Positions 21,260 to 28,136 of a stretch of 28,136 nt of DNA are shown here, piece by piece. The first letter of the stretch is position 1, and each line of letters opens with the position of its first letter. Made by a program: the position numbers and the translations under genes. The notes below the pieces were generated by a model. The model was not told the DNA's origin. It searched no databases and saw nothing but the letters and a program-made list of their open reading frames with translations. The stretch spans positions 1 through 28,136 of the IMG/VR virus record IMGVR_UViG_3300011336_000179; one strand, written 5' to 3'. This DNA comes from a virus. Taxonomy: Duplodnaviria; Caudoviricetes.

Positions 21260-23401
21260 TTAGGCGGTCACGAGAACTTCGGCCTGGGTGGTGTCCGCGG
21301 CCGCGGCGCCGAACATGATGTCGTAGGACGCCATGTGAGCACGGGAGGCGCGGCTGTACCACACCGACAACAGGCAGCTCAGGCCGTTGTTGGTGGTGAC
21401 CGTGCGCTGCTCGACAAACTCGCCGGCGATCATGCCCACCGGCAGGCCGGAGGCGATGGCGATGGCATCAGGGCCGCAGACGAAGCCGGCGGTGTTGGTC
21501 TCGGCAGAGGTCCAGCGGTTGTTCTCGGCGATCACATCGAAGCCAAACCGGCCGTTGTTCAACGGGCCGTAGCGGCTGTCGGGCATGGCCACGGTGCCGG
21601 CAGAGGCGGTGGTCAAGCCGGAGAACTGGATGCGAGCCAGGTGGCCGCCGTCCAGGATCAGGTTCTTCGAGCGGTAGTTCTTGGCCAGGGCCAGCACAGC
21701 CGGCAGGTCGGAGCTGTCGAAGTTGGCAGCCGTGCCGATGGTCGTCGCGGCGCCGTAGTTGCCCGAGACCATGAGGGCGGTCAGGACGTCGCTGATGCCG
21801 TAGGCAAACAGGTCAGCAGATCCAGCAGCCAGATCGGCCAGGCTGTAGCCCTGGTTGAGTTCCTGCTGGGTCACGGTGAAGTTCTTCGAGATCTGGTTAA
21901 CCGTCACCGAGGTGGCGGCCAGCGTGCTGTCGTTGTTGGATTCCCAGTTGCTCGGGTTGGTCTGGGCCGCGGTGCCGGTGGTATACTTCTTCACCTGCAC
22001 GGTGGCGCGGGGGCGGAGGTTGTCCAGGCCGACGTTGCGGCTGAACGCGGAGACCAAGGCCAAACGGCTGGCAGCCACCGTGATTACGGCGTCGGCGAGG
22101 TAGTCGACAACCAGGCCGGCGGCGAACGTGTTGGCGTTCTGCGGGGCGTGGATGGCGCTCTGGCGCAACAGCTCGCTGTGGTTGGAAACCAACCAGGCGC
22201 GGCGGTCAGCACCAGCGGCGATCTTCTTGTGCTGCTCAAGGAGCGGGTTGCCGAGGTTCTCGATGCGAACCGGGGCGATGGGCTCGGGGGCAGGGGCGGC
22301 GGTGATAGCCTTGGCGCTGATGGCAGCGGCAACTGCCTTGGCCACGATGGCGTCGATGTCGAGGGCGGACGGCGCACTAGGAGCGGCCGCCACCACGGTG
22401 TTTGATTCAGTCATGTTGTGTGGTGTCTGCTGTGATGTCGGCGCGGTTGTCGCGCCATCGGCGGCAGCGTCGGTGCTGCCGGTCGAAAGTGTATTGTCTG
22501 TGGTCTCGCCCTCCTCGATTTCGAGCTGGGCATAAAGGGCTTGGAACCAGTCACGGCCTGCGGCGCCGCCCCATAGGTTGGCAGCCACATCGGCCGGTGT
22601 GTTGGGCTCGGCCTCCAGGAAGCGCTCGTTGCGTCCCCACCAGGCGTTCGCCGTGCGGATCTTGTCCTCGGTCGGGGCCTCACCGGCGACCAACGCCTCG
22701 GCATCGAGCACCGTCTGCTTCTCCAGACCATCACCGGCGAGGCCCTCGGCGTATTGCTCAAGACCGCGGCGAAGATTGTTTTTAACGGTCTCCGGGGCGG
22801 TCTTGGTGACAGCCCGAGGGTGCCAGCAGGCGGCGATGGCCATCTGCTCCTCGGTCATCTTGTCGGCCAGGCCGAACTGGATGGCCTCCTGGGCGGTGAA
22901 CCAGGTCTCTTCCTTCATGGCTGCCCGGATCTGAGAGGTCGGTCGGCCAGTCACCTTCGAGTAGATACCAGCCAGCACCTCGGCGTGCTGATCCAAGGCA
23001 TCGGCCATCTTCCGCATTTCCTCCGAGGTGCCTGCCACCATTCCGGAGGGGTCGTGAATCATGAACAGGGCCGCATCGGCGATCTCAACGGTGTCGCCGG
23101 CCAGGGCGATGATTGAAGCAATCGAGGCAGCAATGCCAACCACCCGGGTGGTTACGGGCGCCTGCCGGCCTCGCAGCATATTGTAGATGGCCAGGCCGTC
23201 CCAGACGTTGCCACCGGGGCTGTTGATCTCAATTACCAGGGGGCCTTGGCCGACGTCCTGAAGGGCCTGGCTGAAAGCCTTGGCCGAGATTCCGGAGCCA
23301 CCGAACCAGTCCTCACCGATCTGATCGAAGATCTGGAGCGTGGCCGGCTCCGAGGCCGAGGCCCGGGGCTGGTAGGAAAGCCAGTTGTTGATCTTGGTCA
23401 T
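21260..23401 (-). CDS. ClpP-type prohead protease fused to major capsid protein
   Basis: INSPGG, AASIAS (Ser), MIHDP (His), EETWFTAQEAIQFGLAD; C-terminal ~380 aa is capsid-like and there is no other capsid candidate. Confidence 0.85.
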   Translation of the reverse strand: MTKINNWLSYQPRASASEPATLQIFDQIGEDWFGGSGISAKAFSQALQDVGQGPLVIEINSPGGNVWDGLAIYNMLRGRQAPVTTRVVGIAASIASIIALAGDTVEIADAALFMIHDPSGMVAGTSEEMRKMADALDQHAEVLAGIYSKVTGRPTSQIRAAMKEETWFTAQEAIQFGLADKMTEEQMAIAACWHPRAVTKTAPETVKNNLRRGLEQYAEGLAGDGLEKQTVLDAEALVAGEAPTEDKIRTANAWWGRNERFLEAEPNTPADVAANLWGGAAGRDWFQALYAQLEIEEGETTDNTLSTGSTDAAADGATTAPTSQQTPHNMTESNTVVAAAPSAPSALDIDAIVAKAVAAAISAKAITAAPAPEPIAPVRIENLGNPLLEQHKKIAAGADRRAWLVSNHSELLRQSAIHAPQNANTFAAGLVVDYLADAVITVAASRLALVSAFSRNVGLDNLRPRATVQVKKYTTGTAAQTNPSNWESNNDSTLAATSVTVNQISKNFTVTQQELNQGYSLADLAAGSADLFAYGISDVLTALMVSGNYGAATTIGTAANFDSSDLPAVLALAKNYRSKNLILDGGHLARIQFSGLTTASAGTVAMPDSRYGPLNNGRFGFDVIAENNRWTSAETNTAGFVCGPDAIAIASGLPVGMIAGEFVEQRTVTTNNGLSCLLSVWYSRASRAHMASYDIMFGAAAADTTQAEVLVTA

Positions 23402-24933
23402 TCTGATTTCTTGGCTCTGGGTTTCCGTTTCTTGGCGACCGCAACCACCTCCTGGATGGGTTGGGCTGGGATCTCCTCGGGCATTGTCCCGGAGGGCTCG
23501 ACCTCGGCTGCCATCTCGGCAGGCTCGGGTGCGATGGGTTGCTTCTGGGCGGTCGAGATCTCGGAGACATCGAGGCCGTATTTGGCAGCCAGGTCTTGGA
23601 TGTACTTGGCCTGCTGGGCTTTGGCCTCCAGGGCAGATCGCCAGTCGATGCCTCGGGCGCCGTAGATCTCGTCGTAGGTGGTGACGCCGGCGGTCAGCTC
23701 AGCGAGCTGGGCCGATGAGTTGCGGCCGACATCGACATTCGGAGCCCGGGGGGCCTGGATGGCGATCTCGTACCAGTCGTCAGGTGAGTCTCGCAGGGTG
23801 GGGTCGGTGCGGATGGCGTACTCCATGACGTACTCCCAGATACGACGGGCGGCCGAGGCCATCACCTGGTGACGGCTCCGGAACCAGACCGAGGACATAT
23901 CCAGGGCGCCGCGGTAGACCGTGCCCTGCATTCCCTCCGGGAACACCAGGACGTAAGGAATGCCGACGCCCGAACAGACCTTCTCGGTCAGGCTGCGCCA
24001 ATATTCGCGCATATTGACGTTGGGGCGGTCGGCCTGGAACTGCTCGAACTCGTCGCCGGACTTGAGCACTTTGACCGTCGAGCCGAACACGTTCTCGTAG
24101 TACGTTTGAGCGGTGCCTTGGCTACCAACCACACCGGAGCGGAGGCTGCTGGCCTGGACCTCACCGGAGCTGGTCTTGATCACCTGGGCCACGCTGGAGG
24201 CCAGCTTGCAGGATTCCATCTCCAGCTTCTGGAGGTCGTCCAGGTCGTGAAGGTCGTTAATGACGCACGCCACGAAGGGCAGGCCGCGAAGCTGGCCGGC
24301 ACGCTGGGCCTCGTAGATGTGGACGATGGAGTCGGAAGATATCGACCTGATCTCGGTGAGTTGGCCTTGGTTTGTTTCCTGACCAATAAAGTAGGAAAGA
24401 GCGCGGCCTGTCTTGGTATCGAACCGGACTCCATCGAAGATGTCCGGCGATTGCTCCTGGCCGGTAGGTGTTGCCACCTGTTGCGGCTCAATGAGCTGAA
24501 GACGGGGGCGGCCCGAGTCGCCCTTGGTCAGAAGCAGGAAGGATTCGCCATCGTAGAACCAGCCCCGCGCGGCCAGGCTCATGAGGGTGCCGAAAGACTG
24601 CCGGGATCCGATGTCGGGATAACGGCTCCAGGTGTCCCACCATTTCTTGGCTCGGAGATTCCAGTCGGGATCCGAGGAAGCCGGCTGCACCGAGAAGTTG
24701 CTTCCGACCGTGTAATTCTCGAACAGGTCACCGAGGCGGTTCATCACCGCGTTGTTCTGCTCGAAGAATCGGGACTTCCGCACGATCTGCTGCCGGGTCG
24801 AGGCAGTGACATCGAACCGCACCGAGGTGTAGCTGGTGTCCAGATAGGACCGCCGGATTGAACTGGACGCGCCCTCGTATCGGTCGACAGGCGCCGACCG
24901 GAACTTGGCTAGGATGGTGTCGAGGAATCCCAT
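23398..24933 (-). CDS. Portal protein, lambda family
   Basis: YEGAS, RFFEQNN, DGESF, LQLIEP, IVHIYEAQRAGQLRGLP, GIPY; start MGFLD coupled by TGATG. Confidence 0.9.
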   Translation of the reverse strand: MGFLDTILAKFRSAPVDRYEGASSSIRRSYLDTSYTSVRFDVTASTRQQIVRKSRFFEQNNAVMNRLGDLFENYTVGSNFSVQPASSDPDWNLRAKKWWDTWSRYPDIGSRQSFGTLMSLAARGWFYDGESFLLLTKGDSGRPRLQLIEPQQVATPTGQEQSPDIFDGVRFDTKTGRALSYFIGQETNQGQLTEIRSISSDSIVHIYEAQRAGQLRGLPFVACVINDLHDLDDLQKLEMESCKLASSVAQVIKTSSGEVQASSLRSGVVGSQGTAQTYYENVFGSTVKVLKSGDEFEQFQADRPNVNMREYWRSLTEKVCSGVGIPYVLVFPEGMQGTVYRGALDMSSVWFRSRHQVMASAARRIWEYVMEYAIRTDPTLRDSPDDWYEIAIQAPRAPNVDVGRNSSAQLAELTAGVTTYDEIYGARGIDWRSALEAKAQQAKYIQDLAAKYGLDVSEISTAQKQPIAPEPAEMAAEVEPSGTMPEEIPAQPIQEVVAVAKKRKPRAKKSE

Positions 24934-25340
24934 CAGGTCATCCCCGTTCTTATGGTGCCCTCTCGACGGAAGTTCGAGAAGTCGCCGCCGTAACTGGTCG
25001 TTGCCACCAACACAACGGCCAGCATTTTGTTGAAGATCTGGGTATCGGTAGGGGCGGCGATGCCGTCCTGGCCGAGTAGATAGACCGCCAGATCGTAATC
25101 GGCGATCAGGCTTTCCCACATCTCGACCATCTCGGAGGGTGTGGGGGCGCCCTTACCGGGCTCGGCAAACTCGACCGAGACATCCGAGGAAGATGTCGAC
25201 CGGACCACCTGGCCGGACTCGATCACCGAGGCCGCGGCAATGACCTTCGAGGTCAGGGCGGCCAGCAGTGTCGCGCCACCGAGGGCGCTGTAGACACTGC
25301 GAAGATAGGCACGCTTGATTGCGACCGTGAAAGTGAACAC
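24933..25340 (-). CDS. Putative head-tail adaptor (gpW position)
   Basis: 135 aa between terL and portal. Confidence 0.55.
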   Translation of the reverse strand: MFTFTVAIKRAYLRSVYSALGGATLLAALTSKVIAAASVIESGQVVRSTSSSDVSVEFAEPGKGAPTPSEMVEMWESLIADYDLAVYLLGQDGIAAPTDTQIFNKMLAVVLVATTSYGGDFSNFRREGTIRTGMT

Positions 25341-25386
25341 CTCGGGCTGCAGGCTTTCACATTTTTTAGCCTGTTCAATAGCTTAG

Positions 25387-27237
25387 TTAAGACTGGACAT
25401 CACTTGACGTGAGGTCATTCCAGAGCATCACCATAGCCAGCTGCATGATCTCGCAGTCGTGCAGATGGTCGGGCCACTTTTGGTTCCGTTTGACCCAGAC
25501 GTGTTTGATCCGGCCGGCTCGATTGGCTTGGGGCCGTAGCAGGTGAGAGTCGAGGTGGCGCCAGTAAAGATCCGGGTCAGCCACATAGGCGCCTTCGGCC
25601 TGGACGCTGGGCGGCTCCTGGTGGACGCCCCATTCCCGGTCGATGTCGCCCTTTCGTAGCCTGGACAGCATATCCCGGAGGTGCTCGGTGTCGAACACCA
25701 GGAGGGGCTGCACCACGTCGGTGCGCATCGAGGAAGATGTGGACAGGCCGAACGGGTGCACCGCCCCGGTGGATGTCGTGAACCGGGCGCCGGTCTCCCG
25801 GCCTTTGAGCGGCAGCCATCCTACCAGGGCAGGCTTTCGGAGACCGCCCTCCGGTGGGAACCGCAGGCCGCACGGGTAGCTGATAGGGTTGGAGGTCACC
25901 GAGGAATAGGCCGCACAGGCGTCGTAAACTGTCTGAGTGTTGAAGCCGCTGTCGATGCCGACATCCATGTCGTGCACCTCAAGGGCCACCTGCACCCGTC
26001 GCAGGGCGGCGAAGTCGTCGGCATGGCCGGCTGCCACCAGGGTGCTGTTGCCGTCCTTCCATTCCCGGCAGACCCACCAGAGGAAGGGCGCCACGGCCTG
26101 GACGTCTGCGGTCAGGTAACGCCGGCCACCAGTGATCGTGACCGCGGCCGAGGCCTCGGGTCGTTCCTGCTGTACGTCCTGCTGCTCCCAGGGCTCGGCC
26201 AAGTTGCCGTTGATGAAGCCTTGCAGGCCGGCCATGGATGCCTTGGCCTCGATGAAGGCCACGGCCAGGTGTCCCCAGGTGCACTTGCGGTCGGGGCTGT
26301 AGAGGCTGCTCAGGTGGTAGGACCGCACGCCTGGCATGGCGTTGGGATTCTCCGGGCGCCATTGGCCATGGCGAAGGGCTGCCACCTTGTGGGCGTCGGT
26401 GATCTTGCCGAGGCAGAGTTGGCAGACGTAATGGGCCGAGGCCCGGATCTTGGCTAGGTCGTGCTTGCCGTCCTCGGTCTTGGCGTCGTCCCAGGTCACC
26501 TGCCGCCATTCGAGCTTGATCAGCTCCCGGCAGTGGGGGCATGGCAGGTAGTACCGGCGCTGGTCACCGCGCAGGAAGCGCTGCCAGATCCGGCCTTCGA
26601 CCACCGTGGGCGTCGATGTCATGAAGGCCTTGCTACTTGAAAAGCTCTTGAGGCGCTGTTCAGCCAGATCCAGAGCATCGGCCTCCTTGGCAGTAGCCTC
26701 GGCAAATTTATCCAGCTCGTCGGCGATCAGCACCCGTACCGGGCGGCTGGCTAGGTTGGCCGGGCTGTTGGATCCGACAAAAGTCAGGGTCGACCGGGTA
26801 AAGTTCTGCTCTAGGTTGGTGATCTTGTCGGCCTCAGCCGGGAAGCATTCGAGCATGGTCGGGCTGTCCTCCAGCATGGGCAGCCAGCGGGACTTCGAGA
26901 AGGACCGGGCGAGGTTCTCGCTTGGCATCAACCACAGGGCCGGGCTGGGCTCGTTGGCGATCAACCAGGCCAGGCCGGCCATCAGGGTGGTCGTTTTGCT
27001 GGTCTGCGATCCCCAGCACAGGGTCACCTCGGAGACCGATGGATCTTTCCAGGCCTCCATTGGTTCTCTGGTGTAGGGCCTGACCGAGGTGCTGAAAGGC
27101 CCCGGGTGCTCGGTCTGCCGTTGGGTCAGCCTGAGGTTGGCCTCGGACCATTCGACCACCGTCTGCTGCGGGGTCGGGCGGTAGAGGCTCCGGCGGTAGT
27201 CTAGGAGAGAGCGCTGGAGGTCGGTCAGGATTTCCAT
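25387..27237 (-). CDS. terL: Terminase large subunit, lambda GpA family
   Basis: PYTREPM, GSQTSKTT (Walker A), LIADELD (Walker B), STPT, GDQRRYYLPCPHC, TADVQ, DSG, DHLHDC. Confidence 0.93.
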   Translation of the reverse strand: MEILTDLQRSLLDYRRSLYRPTPQQTVVEWSEANLRLTQRQTEHPGPFSTSVRPYTREPMEAWKDPSVSEVTLCWGSQTSKTTTLMAGLAWLIANEPSPALWLMPSENLARSFSKSRWLPMLEDSPTMLECFPAEADKITNLEQNFTRSTLTFVGSNSPANLASRPVRVLIADELDKFAEATAKEADALDLAEQRLKSFSSSKAFMTSTPTVVEGRIWQRFLRGDQRRYYLPCPHCRELIKLEWRQVTWDDAKTEDGKHDLAKIRASAHYVCQLCLGKITDAHKVAALRHGQWRPENPNAMPGVRSYHLSSLYSPDRKCTWGHLAVAFIEAKASMAGLQGFINGNLAEPWEQQDVQQERPEASAAVTITGGRRYLTADVQAVAPFLWWVCREWKDGNSTLVAAGHADDFAALRRVQVALEVHDMDVGIDSGFNTQTVYDACAAYSSVTSNPISYPCGLRFPPEGGLRKPALVGWLPLKGRETGARFTTSTGAVHPFGLSTSSSMRTDVVQPLLVFDTEHLRDMLSRLRKGDIDREWGVHQEPPSVQAEGAYVADPDLYWRHLDSHLLRPQANRAGRIKHVWVKRNQKWPDHLHDCEIMQLAMVMLWNDLTSSDVQS

Positions 27238-27857
27238 GGGTCAGTATTGTGCAATGTCTTCAGGGCCACCTCCTGGACCCACCGGGTGAGTTCGATCTCG
27301 CAGTGCTCCGGGTCGTGTGGGCTGATGCGGCCGGAGAGTTGTTTGGGCATAGCCTTGAGCAGCGAGGCCACCGCCCCGTCGTGCTCCTGCATGACCCGGC
27401 GCACCCAGTCGCCGCTGACAAGGCGCCGTTCCTTCTCGGCCTGGGCGATCACCTCGTCACGGGCGGATGTCAGGTTCTTGGCTGCCGCGGCGTGGATCGC
27501 CACCAGGCGCCCTGCATCGGCCCGGCCGCCCCGGAGGGCATCGACTGCCAGGTCGTAGGCTGCACGCTCGATTTGCCGCTGCCGCTCGTAGGCACCCGGT
27601 GGCGAGTCGATAGCCGCGGTGGCTGTGTCGATAGGGTTCGAGGCTTCCGCGGGGCGGTAGGGGCCTTCCTGTTCGATTGTGGTGGGTTCTGGTGTGGGCG
27701 GTGTTTCTATGTGTTGCGTCGTGGACTTGGCCCGGATGTTTTTCTTGCGCCAGGCATCGGCGGCTTCGGGACTATGCATGGGCATTCCCTTGGCAGCCAG
27801 TTGGGTGACGTAGCCGTGTGAGACGCCGGCGTGCTTGGCGTATTCCCGTTGGGTCAT
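27225..27857 (-). CDS. terS: Terminase small subunit, Nu1-like
   Basis: N-terminal HTH MTQREYAKHAGVSHGYVTQLAAKGMP; C-terminal RRLVS..LKAMPKQL; overlaps terL. Confidence 0.85.
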   Translation of the reverse strand: MTQREYAKHAGVSHGYVTQLAAKGMPMHSPEAADAWRKKNIRAKSTTQHIETPPTPEPTTIEQEGPYRPAEASNPIDTATAAIDSPPGAYERQRQIERAAYDLAVDALRGGRADAGRLVAIHAAAAKNLTSARDEVIAQAEKERRLVSGDWVRRVMQEHDGAVASLLKAMPKQLSGRISPHDPEHCEIELTRWVQEVALKTLHNTDPWKS

Positions 27858-28081
27858 GGCTTTAAGGCTCCTAGGATCTCGGGAGGCAGCATCGAGTTGG
27901 GCACGGTCGAGGCGTACTGCAAGGCTCGGAAAACACCGTCGCGCCTGCTGTCCTGCGGGTTGGGCACGCAATAGCTGGCCAGTTGTTCCGGCGGGGTGCC
28001 ACGTTTCATGAGGCGAATGAACCAGGCCACGTTTGCAACACCGTATTGATCCACCAGAAACTGTATGTGTGTTGAATGCAT
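27854..28081 (-). CDS. Hypothetical protein
   Basis: 75 aa, ATGA-coupled to terS. Confidence 0.6.
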   Translation of the reverse strand: MHSTHIQFLVDQYGVANVAWFIRLMKRGTPPEQLASYCVPNPQDSRRDGVFRALQYASTVPNSMLPPEILGALKP

Positions 28082-28121
28082 AGATATTGTTTTTTGTGCT
28101 TGATCACACAGAACGATAGGG

Positions 28122-28136
28122 GTCTCGCGTTCACCT
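28122..28136. repeat. Terminal direct repeat, right copy
   Basis: Identical to bases 1-15; lies just upstream of the small ORF/terS/terL block. Confidence 0.9.

Noticed and set aside
25341-25386. AT-rich gap with TTGAAC and a CAGGCT/AGCCTG inverted repeat as a late promoter
   Set aside because: No convincing -10 and only a 6-bp stem
199-27821. Plus-strand and alternative-frame ORFs (e.g. 21233-22405, 23869-24861, 25681-26457)
   Set aside because: Shadow ORFs of GC-rich minus-strand genes that have clear motifs and coupled junctions
14970-27971. Long N-terminal extensions in the ORF track (starts 15746, 17667, 25119, 27971)
   Set aside because: They overlap upstream genes; coupled starts at 15533, 17310, 24933 and 27857 fit better
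1-28136. Self-targets of the decoded guides; integrase/att site
   Set aside because: No annotated protein contains the decoded peptides and no recombinase was seen; an exhaustive gapped DNA search was not possible by eye

Overview
Apparently complete ~28.1 kb genome of a small tailed dsDNA phage with lambda-like packaging. The same 15-mer (GTCTCGCGTTCACCT) occurs at both ends, and every credible gene is on the minus strand. Late arm (28081->9326): TerS, GpA-type TerL, head-tail adaptor, portal, ClpP-protease/major-capsid fusion, fibre genes, a holin/spanin-like cluster, neck and tail genes, a short tape measure and a 913-aa tail protein. Early arm (9188->30): a lysozyme-like gene, small accessory genes, a RuvC-like resolvase, an SSB-like protein, a sigma4/alpha-CTD-like regulator, a DEDD exonuclease, a DUF1376-type initiator and DnaB. 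I found no integrase, polymerase, tRNA or canonical CRISPR. The standout locus is 6848-8442. A stand-alone Cas7/RAMP-like gene (7627-8202) is flanked by five non-coding units, each a (GGY-NN)10-14 pentamer tract followed by a covarying hairpin with an RCGGYA loop. If only the NN dinucleotides are read and every third target base is skipped, two units decode to helix-turn-helix recognition-helix sequences (V-T-[DE]-R-T-V-[SR]-[NK]-[WC]-[HQ]-[NK] and [IM]-S-P-A-[RS]-V-S-[HQ]-L-L). This suggests a phage-encoded RNA-guided system with a gapped code aimed at other phages. A C4-like structured RNA with a leader ORF precedes the replication initiator. All assignments come from motif recognition by eye; no searches were run.
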